Assembly: GCA_965242525.1 (NCBI GenBank)
Contig: OZ251459.1
Location: forward strand, 1,728,001 to 1,792,000
Direction of reading: 5' to 3'
Length of the DNA stretch: 64,000 nt
From: an uncultured Candidatus Binatia bacterium
Lineage (GTDB): Bacteria; Desulfobacterota; Binatia; UBA9968; JAJDTQ01
Shown here: positions 1 through 9,134 of the stretch, in pieces
Layout: each line of letters starts with the position of its first letter
How positions within the stretch are numbered: the stretch's first letter is position 1
The notes under the pieces: generated by a model
Database searches by the model: none
Seen by the model: only the letters and a program-made list of their open reading frames with translations
Told to the model about the DNA's origin: nothing
Program-made: the position numbers and the translations under genes

Positions 1-2111
1 CCCAACATCGCCTGCCGTCTTTCCGCAGCACGCGCATGATGGAAATCCCGGTACAGGATGCGTCCCCTCGCGGACGCGCCGCTTCCCGACCTCGACAACA
101 ATGCGATGCTGGCGCCGACCTTGATCCCCGGCGATTGTCCTTGCAGGGCAAACACCGTTTCGCTGGTCCGTCCGTCAGGGGCGTACTCCGAAACGATGCG
201 GTCGCCATGCAGGTTGTCGATGCGCACCGCGTCGAAGGCTTCCAGGTAGCGTTCCCGCATCCCCGTGAACGACAGGCCGTCGAGCCAGGAGTAGTTGGAG
301 ATGAAGCAGACCACGCCCCGACCGGTCTTCTCCGCAATGCGCCGTTCCGCCATGCGGAAGAAGCGCACGTACAGGTCGTTCAACCCCTGTCCCTCCGGCC
401 TCCGCACCCTCCTGGTCCTTCGGTAGGATTCCGAAAGCTCCCGCTCCTCGTCCACCGCCAAGCCCGCGAAGCCGTTGTAGGGCGGGTTGCCCAGAATCAC
501 CAGGATGGGCGTGTCCTGTTTCACCCGCTCCGCACGGTCCCGTTCCTCCTCCAGTTCCGGGAAGGGCAAGGGCTTGATCGTGTGCGGCTCCCAGCCGGTC
601 AGGGCGTTGGTGAGGAAGACGCCGGGCCGTTCCATGCCGTCGTCCTTCAGGGGCGCGTCCAGGTCCTGCATGGTCAGTCCCACTTGCAGGTGAGCCACCA
701 CGAAGGGCGCGGGCATGATCTCGAAGCCGAACACCCGCTCGGTGGCCGCCTGCTTCACCCGCGCCCCGGCCAACGCTCCCAGGCCGCTGCCTTCCAGGTT
801 GGCTGCGATGCGGCGCAGCACTTCCGCCAAGTAAGCCCCGGTGCCGCAGCACGGGTCCAGCACATAGACGTTCTCTGCAGCCAGCCCCTCCGGGATGCCC
901 AGATCGTCCCTCAGCGCTCGGTCCACGCGGGCCACCATGTAGCGCACCACTTCGGAGGGGGTGTACCAGACGCCCAGTTGCTTGCGCAGGTCGGGGTCGA
1001 AGGCTTCGAGGAAGGGTTCGTAGAAGTAGGGCACGGCCTCGCCTTCGTGGAAGCGGGAGAAGAAGGCCGCGTGGTCCACCCGGTCCAGTGCGGCCGCGGT
1101 CCAGTCCAGCACTTCGACGAGACCCAGCGGTTGCAGGCGGTTGGGAGCAGAGATTTGTTGAAACAAGGCTTGCAGGACCGGCGCGCGCAGGTGCCAGATC
1201 GCTTCGCGCCAGTGGAAGGAAGCGGGCGGGACGCCCGCGTTCCCAGGGGGGACGTTGGCAGGGGGGACGTTGGCAGGGGCGACGTTGGCGGGGGGGACAT
1301 TGGCAGGGACGTTCGGAGTGCCGGCCCTTGCCCACAGCACCCAGGCGGAGAAGACGCCGTAGAAGAGCGTCTGCACCAGGGTCGAACGGAAGAAGCGCGC
1401 GCCTTTCTCTCCCTTGAAGCGGACGCCCAATGCCTCTTCCAGCGCCTTGCGCACCGCCTCCAACGAGGGCGCATCGCCCGCGGCCTCGACACGGGCCAAG
1501 CCATCCCTGGCATAGGAGGCCAGCAGCCACGCCAAGTCTTTGGGTTCGGCCAACGCCGCCCGGTGCGACAGCGCCCGGCACAGGTATTCGCCCAAGCCCG
1601 CACCCACCTCCCGGGCAAAGGTGCGGGGATGCTCCAACTTGCGGCGGAAGTCGTCCGCGCCATCCGCCAGACGGAAGGTCTCCAGTTTCGCCGCACGACC
1701 CGCGGCGTCTTCGCCCACCAGCACGAAATCGCGGGTGTTGGTCACCAGCACCAGCCGGTAGCGGTTCCAATAGCGGCTTACCTGATCGCCCGCCGCGGTG
1801 AGCCATGCGTCGTCGTCAGCGGCCTTCACTTCCACCACACCGCGCTCCGGTGTTTGGCCCTCACGCGCTTGGCCCCGCTGGACCTGCTTTGCCGCAAAGA
1901 GACCAAAATCGGGATGGCCCGCGCCCTGGTCAGCAAGCTCCTGGACGCAGAATACCTTGGGCTTGAGGGCCGTGCCCACGGCGTTCAGCAGGTTTGCCAG
2001 CGGTCCGTAGCTCGATCGCTCGCCGGTGGCGCCGCCCGAGGCGCGAACCCGCCCCAGGTCGGCAAAGTATGTCTCTACTGCCGCTGTGAGGTTCGCGTTC
2101 GCTGCCGTCAT
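1..2111 (-). CDS. Fused restriction endonuclease / N6-adenine DNA methyltransferase (Type IIG/ISP-like, no helicase seen); 3' end outside window
   Basis: Manual minus-strand translation from ATG at 2111 with upstream AAGGAG: MTAANANLTAAVETYF..., nuclease-like GHPDFG...VVEVK, GVWYTP, SAM motif VLDPCCGTG, catalytic GNPPY, NDLYVRFF. Absent from the ORF track because there is no stop in the window. Confidence 0.9.
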   Translation of the reverse strand, partial: MTAANANLTAAVETYFADLGRVRASGGATGERSSYGPLANLLNAVGTALKPKVFCVQELADQGAGHPDFGLFAAKQVQRGQAREGQTPERGVVEVKAADDDAWLTAAGDQVSRYWNRYRLVLVTNTRDFVLVGEDAAGRAAKLETFRLADGADDFRRKLEHPRTFAREVGAGLGEYLCRALSHRAALAEPKDLAWLLASYARDGLARVEAAGDAPSLEAVRKALEEALGVRFKGEKGARFFRSTLVQTLFYGVFSAWVLWARAGTPNVPANVPPANVAPANVPPANVPPGNAGVPPASFHWREAIWHLRAPVLQALFQQISAPNRLQPLGLVEVLDWTAAALDRVDHAAFFSRFHEGEAVPYFYEPFLEAFDPDLRKQLGVWYTPSEVVRYMVARVDRALRDDLGIPEGLAAENVYVLDPCCGTGAYLAEVLRRIAANLEGSGLGALAGARVKQAATERVFGFEIMPAPFVVAHLQVGLTMQDLDAPLKDDGMERPGVFLTNALTGWEPHTIKPLPFPELEEERDRAERVKQDTPILVILGNPPYNGFAGLAVDEERELSESYRRTRRVRRPEGQGLNDLYVRFFRMAERRIAEKTGRGVVCFISNYSWLDGLSFTGMRERYLEAFDAVRIDNLHGDRIVSEYAPDGRTSETVFALQGQSPGIKVGASIALLSRSGSGASARGRILYRDFHHARAAERRQAML
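1246..1313 (-). repeat. In-frame 15-bp tandem repeat (~4.5 copies, NVPPA) inside the RM gene
   Basis: Units of GGGGGGACGTTGGCA with small variations on the + strand. Confidence 0.9.
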
Positions 2112-2165
2112 GGTCTCCTTTGTTGCCGAGCGCGGCCTGACATGCAAGCACTGCACATGCCCGCA

Positions 2166-2236
2166 CCCTCTCCCCAACCCTCTTCCAGAGGGGAGCGCGT
2201 CCTTCGACTTCGCTTCGCTACGCTCAGGACGAACGG
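2166..2236. repeat. REP-like pair: CCCTCTCCCCAACCCTC...GAGGGG hairpin followed by a solo copy of the GCGCGTCCTTCGACTTCGCTTCGCTACGCTCAGGACGAACGG core
   Basis: The core recurs near 2760-3035, 16980, 28760, 34685 and 43175. Confidence 0.8.
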
Positions 2237-2299
2237 AGGGTGGAATCCCATCGCTCTCTCTCGTCCTCCACTGGCATCAACGGAGATGGCCATGTGTAA

Positions 2300-2655
2300 C
2301 CATGTTGGCGCTTCAGGAATTCGTGTGGGTTGTGACACTCCCCACCCCTCATTCCCGCGGAAGCCTCGCCTCGTCATTCCCGCGAAAGCGGGAATCCAGA
2401 CCCTGCGGGCAAACCCTGTGGGCGCCCTGTACGAGAGGTTTGTACAACGAGAGCGAGGAAACCGGATGGATTCCCGCTTTCGCGGGAATGACGAGAGGGT
2501 GGGCGGCTGTGGGAATGACGAAGGATGGGCGGCTGCAGAGCAATGCCCCCGTCCGTCCACAGGGCCGTGGGCAGTCTTGCAAGTGGGAATGACGTGGGGT
2601 GGGCGGCTGCGGAGCAACGACGGCGTGACCCCTGTTGCTCCCCTCTCCCTCCTGA
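2300..2655. repeat. Dispersed REPIN-like element, copy 1, with two inverted GTCATTCCCGCGAAAGCGGGAATCCA palindromes
   Basis: Palindromes at ~2373-2398 and ~2467-2492; aligns by eye with 36969-37221 but has an extra ~100 bp internally. Confidence 0.85.
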
Positions 2656-2690
2656 TTTACCCACTCGAAAGACGGAAGAGGCTCTCTTTC

Positions 2691-3069
2691 GGAACCTCTG
2701 AACAATCGAGACGTCCAGGATGGATTCCCGATTCTCTCACCCTGACGCCCCTATCCCCGTTCGTCCTGAGCGTAGCGAAGCGAAGTCCTCTCGTTCGTCC
2801 TGAGCGTAGCGAAGCGAAGTCCTCTCGTTCGTCCTGAGCGTAGCGAAGCGGAGTCCTCCCGTTCATCCTGAGCGTAGCGAAGTGGAGTCCTCCCGTTCAT
2901 CCTGAGCGTAGCGAAGTGGAGTCCTCCCGTTCATCCTGAGCGTAGCGAAGCGGAGTCCTCCCGTTCATCCTGAGCGTAGCGAAGCGGAGTCCTCCCGTTC
3001 ATCCTGAGCGTAGCGAAGCGGAGTCGAAGGACGCGCTCATGCCCCCTGTCCCGATCGTTCAGGGGTTCC
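2691..3069 (+). mobile_element. MITE copy A with tandemly amplified REP core
   Basis: TIRs GGAACCTCTGAACAATCG / CGATCGTTCAGGGGTTCC; TTTC on both sides (2687-2690 and 3070-3073). Confidence 0.85.
2758..3025 (+). repeat. Tandem array of 8 x 34 bp (CGTTCRTCCTGAGCGTAGCGAAGYGRAGTCCTCY), no spacers
   Basis: Units start at 2758, 2792, 2826, 2860, 2894, 2928, 2962 and 2996 (last unit partial). Confidence 0.95.
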
Positions 3070-3105
3070 TTTCCGGGGTCGGGAGGAAACCCGATGTTCG
3101 CGCGT

Positions 3106-3705
3106 TCAAGGGATCGGCCAGAACTCCCGGGTGTGGGCTCCCCAAGGGCGTCGCCCGAAGATCCGACGCAGCTTCGGCTCGAAGTGCTCGATGGGCCGGG
3201 TGTCGTATTCCGGGTCGAAGGACATCTGGTCGTAGTCGCGGCAGAAGCGCTCGGTCATCTCGAAGGCGGGGTGGCCGCGGAAACGCTCACGCTCGTCCCG
3301 GTTACGCCCGATCTTGTCGAAATAGTAGTAGCCCTGGAAGACGCCGTGCTGCTCCAGCATCCAGTAAGTGGATCGGCTGACGTAGGGGCGCAGCACCTGT
3401 GCGCCAATCTGCTCGTGGTTGACGACGGCGAGGGTGTCGCCCAGGTCGTGCAGCACGCCGGCCACCACGATCTCGTCGCACTCCCCGGCGTTCTCGGCGC
3501 GGGTCGCGGTCTGCAGCGAGTGCACGTAGCGGTCCACCTGACCGCCCGGATAGCTCTGGCGCAAGAGCTCCAGGTGCGCCGCCACACGCTCCACGACGGC
3601 TTCCTCGAACGGTTTCCGCAGTTCCCTAGCCAGGGCATAGTCCTCCGCGGCGCCCCGGTCCATGCGGGTGTAACCCACCTTCATCCTGTGGTCGGCATCC
3701 GGCAT
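3106..3705 (-). CDS. HD-domain metalloprotein (PhnZ/TmpB-like)
   Basis: HSLQTAT...VLHDLGD...NHEQ...QHG motifs; GAGGAGG RBS before ATG 3705. Confidence 0.8.
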   Translation of the reverse strand: MPDADHRMKVGYTRMDRGAAEDYALARELRKPFEEAVVERVAAHLELLRQSYPGGQVDRYVHSLQTATRAENAGECDEIVVAGVLHDLGDTLAVVNHEQIGAQVLRPYVSRSTYWMLEQHGVFQGYYYFDKIGRNRDERERFRGHPAFEMTERFCRDYDQMSFDPEYDTRPIEHFEPKLRRIFGRRPWGAHTREFWPIP

Positions 3706-4049
3706 ACGACCCCTCCTCGGCCGAGAGTCCGTCCATCCTACCCCGAACCGCCGCGCGACTTCCAGACGCAGACCCGCACCGCCCGGTTGGCGGACCGCAA
3801 TTTGCAGGAAGTGATGGAAAAACTGCGTGACTTCCGGACGCCGACCCGCACCGGCCGGAGGGGCGTCCGGGCCGCCCTGCCGGACGCATCCTCGGGCCGC
3901 CGGGCGGCCATGTCGGACCCCGGGAGGAGCGCTGAACGACAGGGGCGCAAACTCTGTTGCATTCCCGTATGACATGTGGCATGGAGAACCACCAAACCGG
4001 AAGCGCGGCGGCGGACCGCCGTCGAAGCCTCACGTCCAAGGAGGACAAG

Positions 4050-5015
4050 ATGAAACGTTTATTCGCGATGGTGCTCGGATTGGCCCTGTGCGGCGGCGTG
4101 GCGGCGACCGCGAAGGACGCGGCTGCCCAGAACTTCCTCGTGGTCGGGGGCGGATCGACCACCGGGGTCTATTACCAGGTGGCCCTGAACGTCTGCAAGC
4201 TGGTCAACGACAACCTGAAGGCGCAGGGCTACAACTGCATCGGCCGGCCGGCCCTCGGCTCCGTCTTCAACATCAACGCCATCAGGAGGGGCCTGCTCAA
4301 CTACGGCGTCGCCCAGTCCGACCGGGTCTGGCAGGCGTACAACGGCAGCGCCAACTGGGAGGGCAAAGCCGACAAGGGGCTGCGCACGGTCTTCAGCGCC
4401 CACCCCGAGACGGTCATGGTGGTGGCCCGCAAGGACACCGGCATCCGGTCGCTCCAGGACCTCAAGGGCAGGCGCGTCAACATCGGCAACCCCGGTTCCG
4501 GACAGCGGGGCAACGCCCTGGACGTGCTGCGCCTCTCGGGCATCGACAAGGACAAGGACATCAAGGCCGAAGGACTGCAACAGCACGAAGCCAACCGGGC
4601 GCTGGTGGACAAGAAGATCGACGCCTTCTTCTACACCGTGGGCAACCCCTGGGGCGGCGGCCTGGAGATCGCCAACAGCACCGCCATCACCATGGTCCCC
4701 CTGAACACGCCGGCCATCGAGAAGCTGGTTGCGGACAACCCCTACTACGTCATGACCGCCATCCCCGGAGGGATCTACAAGGGCGTGGACAAGGACGTGC
4801 CCACCTATGCGGTGAAAGCGACCTTCGTGACCGGCGAGAAGGAGCCCGCGGACCAGGTCTATGCCGTGGTCAAGACGGTGTTCGAGAACCTCGACAAGCT
4901 CCGCGGCCTGCACCCTGCGTTCCAGATCCTGAAGCCCAAGGACATGCTGAAGGGCCTCTCCGCCCCGATGCATCCGGGCGCGGTGCGCTACTACAAGGAA
5001 AAGGGCTTGATGTAG
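4050..5015 (+). CDS. TAXI-family TRAP transporter solute-binding protein
   Basis: Signal peptide, GGGSTTGVYY, GSVFNI, NIGNPGSG, PMHPGAVRYYKE; AAGGAGG RBS. Confidence 0.92.
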   Translation: MKRLFAMVLGLALCGGVAATAKDAAAQNFLVVGGGSTTGVYYQVALNVCKLVNDNLKAQGYNCIGRPALGSVFNINAIRRGLLNYGVAQSDRVWQAYNGSANWEGKADKGLRTVFSAHPETVMVVARKDTGIRSLQDLKGRRVNIGNPGSGQRGNALDVLRLSGIDKDKDIKAEGLQQHEANRALVDKKIDAFFYTVGNPWGGGLEIANSTAITMVPLNTPAIEKLVADNPYYVMTAIPGGIYKGVDKDVPTYAVKATFVTGEKEPADQVYAVVKTVFENLDKLRGLHPAFQILKPKDMLKGLSAPMHPGAVRYYKEKGLM

Positions 5016-5040
5016 CGGTTGCCCTCTCCATCCCGGGTTC

Positions 5041-5071
5041 CGGGGCCGGCGGCCTGAGGCTGCCGGCCCCG
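5041..5071 (+). terminator. GC-rich stem-loop after the binding-protein gene (attenuator or mRNA stabiliser)
   Basis: GGGGCCGGCGGCC-TGA-GGCTGCCGGCCCC; no U-tract. Confidence 0.5.
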
Positions 5072-5113
5072 AGCCGTGCCGGAAACCGCGGATGACCCGC
5101 GCTGGGCTTTGCC

Positions 5114-7294
5114 GTGGACTCCCCGAACCCTGACGACCGTTCCAGCGAAACCGCAGACTTGGACGCGTTGGCCGATCTGGGCGAGGCGGAAGGCAAGGTC
5201 CGCGCTCCCGGCGGCGCGACCGGCGGCTTCCTCTGGGCCCTAGCCCTCTGCTGGTCCCTGTTCCAGCTCTACATCGCCTACCGGCCCCTCAACTCCATCA
5301 TCGCCCGCAGCATCCACCTGACCTTCGCAGTGGTGCTGGTCTATCTGTCGTTCCCGTCCATCCGCCGGGCTGCGACGCTGGAGCGGGTGCGGGCCCTCGC
5401 CCGACGGCTGTTTCCGGGACGCCCGGAGCCGGACCCCAACGCGGTCCCCCGGTACGATTTCCTGCTGGCGGCCTTGGCCGCTTGCGGCGCCGCCTACCTG
5501 GCCTGGGACTACGAGGGCATCGTGCACCGCTCCGGCCTGCCGCTGGAGCGGGACGTGTACATCGGCGCGGTGTTCGTGGTGTTCCTGCTGGAGGCCGCCC
5601 GCCGTTCCCTGGGGCTCGCCCTCCCCGCCCTGGCCGCGGTCTTCCTGCTCTACTGCTTCATCGGTCCGTGGCTGCCGCGCTTCCTCGCGCACCCGGGCAT
5701 CCCGCTCGATTTCGTGGTGGACCACATGTACCTCTCGGACAGCGGCATCTGGGGCGTGCCGCTGGGGGTGTCCACGGACTTCGTCTTCCTCTTCGTCCTC
5801 TTCGGGTCGCTGCTGGAGCGGGCCGGGGCCGCAGAATACTTCGTGCAGGTGGCCTTCGCCATGCTGGGGCGCTTCCGGGGCGGACCGGCCAAGGCCGCGG
5901 TGCTGGCCTCGGGCCTCACCGGGATGGTGTCCGGATCGTCCATCGCCAACGTGGCCACCACCGGCACGTTCACCATCCCCCTCATGAAACGCGTGGGCCT
6001 GCCCGACTACAAGGCCGGCGCCGTGGAGGTGGGCGCGAGCACCAACGGCCAGCTCCTGCCGCCGGTCATGGGCGCCGCGGCCTTCATCATGGCGGAGTTC
6101 CTCGGGCTCCCGTACATCGACGTGGTGACCGCGGCGGCCATCCCCGCGGTGCTTTCCTACATCGCCCTGCTCTACGTGGTCCACCTGGAAGCCCTCAAGC
6201 TGGACCTCACCGCCCTGCCCGAAGAAGAGCTGCCGCGGTTCTGGCCCACTTTCCTCAAGGGGATCCACTTCCTCGTCCCCATCCTGGCCCTGATCTACAC
6301 GCTGGTGGTCCTGCGGTTCTCCGCGGTCGCCGCGGCCTTCAACGCCATCCTCCTGACCCTGGCCATCATGGTGCTGCAGAGGGTCGCGCAGAGCTGCGCC
6401 GGGGTCCTCGGAACGGCGGCCGGGAACGGGCCGGACGGGGAGGGCCGCGGCTCCCTCGGACACGCGCTGCTGCAGGGCCTGGCCCTGAGCTTCCGGGAGA
6501 TACTGCAAGGGTTCGTGTCGGGGGCCCGGAACATGGCGCCCATCGCGGTGGCCACCGCGGCCGCGGGCATCATCGTGGGCACGGTCACCCTCACCGGCCT
6601 CAGCAGCCGGTTCATCGAGGCCATCGAGATCATCTCCCTGGGCAACGTCGTGCTCATGCTCCTCCTGACCGCGATCACGAGCCTGATCCTCGGCATGGGC
6701 CTGCCCACCACCGCCAACTACATCGTCATGGCGACACTCACCGCGCCGGTGATCGTCACCCTGGGAGGGCAGGCGGGGCTGGTGATCCCGGTGCTGGCGG
6801 CCCACCTGTTCGTGTTCTACTTCGGGATACTCGCGGACGACACGCCTCCGGTGGGGCTCGCCGCGTTCGCGGCCTCCGCCATCGCGGGGTCCGAACCCAT
6901 CAAGACGGGGCTCCAGGGGTTCACCTATGACCTGCGCACCGCGATCCTGCCCTTCGTGTTCGTGTTCAACCTGGAGTTGCTGCTGATCGCGGGCGTGGAC
7001 GCCGGCGGACAGATCATCTGGCTCGACAACGTGGTGCGGGTGGTGTGGGTGATACTGAACGGCCTAGTGGCCATGATGGCGTTCGCCGCGGCCTTGCAGG
7101 GATTCTTCGCCGACCGGTGCGGCTGGCCCGAGCGCGCGCTCCTGATGCTGGTCTGCATCACCGCGTTCCGTCCGGACCTGGTGGCGGGGGCGGAGGACTC
7201 GTGGCGCATGAGCGTGCAGTTCGGGGCCTGGGTGGTGTTCGCGGGCCTCTACCTGGTCCAGAGGAAGCGCCGGACCTCCCGCGCCGGGGCGTAG
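5114..7294 (+). CDS. TRAP transporter fused 4TM/12TM permease
   Basis: GGPAKAAV, SGSSIANV, PPVMGAAAF, LGMGLPTTANY, DDTPPVGLA. Confidence 0.93.
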   Translation: MDSPNPDDRSSETADLDALADLGEAEGKVRAPGGATGGFLWALALCWSLFQLYIAYRPLNSIIARSIHLTFAVVLVYLSFPSIRRAATLERVRALARRLFPGRPEPDPNAVPRYDFLLAALAACGAAYLAWDYEGIVHRSGLPLERDVYIGAVFVVFLLEAARRSLGLALPALAAVFLLYCFIGPWLPRFLAHPGIPLDFVVDHMYLSDSGIWGVPLGVSTDFVFLFVLFGSLLERAGAAEYFVQVAFAMLGRFRGGPAKAAVLASGLTGMVSGSSIANVATTGTFTIPLMKRVGLPDYKAGAVEVGASTNGQLLPPVMGAAAFIMAEFLGLPYIDVVTAAAIPAVLSYIALLYVVHLEALKLDLTALPEEELPRFWPTFLKGIHFLVPILALIYTLVVLRFSAVAAAFNAILLTLAIMVLQRVAQSCAGVLGTAAGNGPDGEGRGSLGHALLQGLALSFREILQGFVSGARNMAPIAVATAAAGIIVGTVTLTGLSSRFIEAIEIISLGNVVLMLLLTAITSLILGMGLPTTANYIVMATLTAPVIVTLGGQAGLVIPVLAAHLFVFYFGILADDTPPVGLAAFAASAIAGSEPIKTGLQGFTYDLRTAILPFVFVFNLELLLIAGVDAGGQIIWLDNVVRVVWVILNGLVAMMAFAAALQGFFADRCGWPERALLMLVCITAFRPDLVAGAEDSWRMSVQFGAWVVFAGLYLVQRKRRTSRAGA

Positions 7295-7369
7295 CCCACG
7301 GAGTGGCCCTCGCGTTCCTTTTCCTGTATAGAGGGGACCAACGCCTCCCGCGAACGAGGAGAACCACAC

Positions 7370-8095
7370 ATGGCGGACACCATACCCCGCATCGTTGACG
7401 AGAACGACCCGGCATTGGAATCGGGAACGGTCGAGTACGGAAGCTGCAAGGGCTACCTGTCGCGTCCCAGGGACGGCGCCGGCCTGGGCTCGGTCATCGT
7501 CATCCATGAGAACGTCGGCTTGGTGGACCACATCCGGGACGTGGCGCGCCGCTTCGCCAAGGAAGGTTTCGCCGCGCTGGCGCCGGACATGCTCCAGCGG
7601 GTGGGCGGCAGCGGACAGTTCCACAAGTCGGAGGACGCCATTGCCGCCATCCGGAGCCTGGACCCCGACGGCTGCGTGGAAGACCTGACCAGCGCCCTCC
7701 GGTACCTGAAGGGCCAGGGTTTCGCCAACGGCAAAGTGGGGGTGGTGGGCTATTGCTGGGGCGGCGGCCAGTCCCTCAACTTCGCCACCCGGTGCAGCGA
7801 CCTGAGCGCCGCGGTGGTGTACTACGGCCGCAACCCCAACCCGCTGGAGCAGGTGGCCAACGTCTCCTGCCCGCTGATGGGGAACTACGCGGAAGACGAT
7901 CCGAACATCGTTCCGGGAATCGAACCCCTCAGGGAGGCGCTGGCCAAGTCCGGCAAGAGCATGGACCTGAAGATCTACCCGGGCGCCAAGCACGCCTTCA
8001 ATAACAACACCAACGCCGACCGCTACCACCCGGAGGCGGCCAGGGACGCCTGGCGGCGCACCGTGGACTTCTACCGGGCCAACCTGTCAGGCTAG
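7370..8095 (+). CDS. Dienelactone hydrolase family protein
   Basis: IHENVGL, GYCWGG, YPGAKHAF. Confidence 0.92.
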   Translation: MADTIPRIVDENDPALESGTVEYGSCKGYLSRPRDGAGLGSVIVIHENVGLVDHIRDVARRFAKEGFAALAPDMLQRVGGSGQFHKSEDAIAAIRSLDPDGCVEDLTSALRYLKGQGFANGKVGVVGYCWGGGQSLNFATRCSDLSAAVVYYGRNPNPLEQVANVSCPLMGNYAEDDPNIVPGIEPLREALAKSGKSMDLKIYPGAKHAFNNNTNADRYHPEAARDAWRRTVDFYRANLSG

Positions 8096-8140
8096 ACACC
8101 CGCGGCAGGGACCGCGGGCGGGCTCGCAACCGGACCGCGA

Positions 8141-8752
8141 TCAACTACGGCGGGTCAGGTCGATGGGGATGGCGTCGCGACGGTCGGGCAGTTCCAGGAA
8201 CGTGACACTGTCGTAGAAATCATCCAGCGCGATGAACCTGCCGTTCCGCTCCGCCCATTCCCGCATCCGGCGGTTGCAGCTATTGCGCCAGGACAGCACT
8301 TCGATACGCCAACCGCGGCTATACATCCGTTCCAGGTCGGCGTGAAAACCAACCCCGTCCATGAAGCCGGCGCCGTCGCCGGTGAGCAGGACCGCGATAC
8401 CGGGGTTGCCGTTGTAGTCCAGTGAATCGCGCAGCATGGCGGTCTGGAGCGTCTGGTCCACACCTTGCTCCCGGCCGCCCAGCGCGCCGCGTTCCGATAA
8501 CTGCACGGTGACGCCCTCGTTTTCCAGGCGGTTCCAGACGAGACGCAGTTCCGGGGGCACGGAACCGACGGCGATGGCGTGTTCGATCTCCCGCCCCGCG
8601 TGGGCCAGTTCCAGCAGGTTGCGGAACTGGATGCGTGCGCGGGAACGGGCGCTTTCGCCTTCCCGTTCGGCGGCCTCATGCTGTGCGCCGATGAAGATGT
8701 TGGAGTTGTCCCAGTAGATGAAAACCTTTTCCATTGCCAAAACCTTTTCCAT
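8141..8752 (-). CDS. NYN-domain (LabA/DUF88, PIN-like) nuclease; alternative start at 8734
   Basis: IYWDNSNI, EQGVD, LLTGDG..F, IEVLSW. Confidence 0.85.
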   Translation of the reverse strand: MEKVLAMEKVFIYWDNSNIFIGAQHEAAEREGESARSRARIQFRNLLELAHAGREIEHAIAVGSVPPELRLVWNRLENEGVTVQLSERGALGGREQGVDQTLQTAMLRDSLDYNGNPGIAVLLTGDGAGFMDGVGFHADLERMYSRGWRIEVLSWRNSCNRRMREWAERNGRFIALDDFYDSVTFLELPDRRDAIPIDLTRRS

Positions 8753-8824
8753 TGCCGAACCACGGTCGCCGAGGGAGCGCGCCGGCGTCCCCGGCCTCGA
8801 AGACCGGCCGGGGGGAGGAACCCC

Positions 8825-9109
8825 TCAACACTCGTCGGGGTCGAGACAGGCCAGGAGTCGGCGGCGCAGGCCGTTGCGGCCGGGGTCGTCGTAGTGCCGG
8901 ACGCCGAAGTAGTAGCAGCAGCTCTCGTTGTCCAGGTCGTTCTGGAACACGCGGAGCCGGCCGTCCTGGAAACGGATGCGCACGAGACAGGTGCCGCCGG
9001 GCACGTTCGAGGTGACCACCTCCTCCACCACGCCGACGCCCCACTGGCGGTAACGGTCGTGCTTCACTTCGTCCCCGGCCCTCAGGAAGAGTCTCGGATC
9101 ATTGCGCAC
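8825..9109 (-). CDS. Small SH3-like protein (DUF3553-like)
   Basis: GDEVKH...WGVGVV...RIRFQDG...CCYYFG; GTG start after GGAG. Confidence 0.65.
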   Translation of the reverse strand: MRNDPRLFLRAGDEVKHDRYRQWGVGVVEEVVTSNVPGGTCLVRIRFQDGRLRVFQNDLDNESCCYYFGVRHYDDPGRNGLRRRLLACLDPDEC

Positions 9110-9134
9110 GACCCATCTCCAAGCCCCCCCTCCC

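Noticed and set aside
36-2837. 933-aa plus-strand ORF
   Set aside because: Antisense shadow of the methyltransferase gene running into repeats; no motifs
2026-2866. Short ORFs containing SFPRKRES or WIPAFAGMT
   Set aside because: Typical translations of the REP palindrome, not genes
2758-3025. CRISPR array
   Set aside because: Units are contiguous with no unique spacers, there are no cas genes, and the unit is a dispersed REP core
3753-3858. Mini-CRISPR (34-bp repeat, 38-bp spacer)
   Set aside because: Only two imperfect, non-palindromic copies and no cas genes
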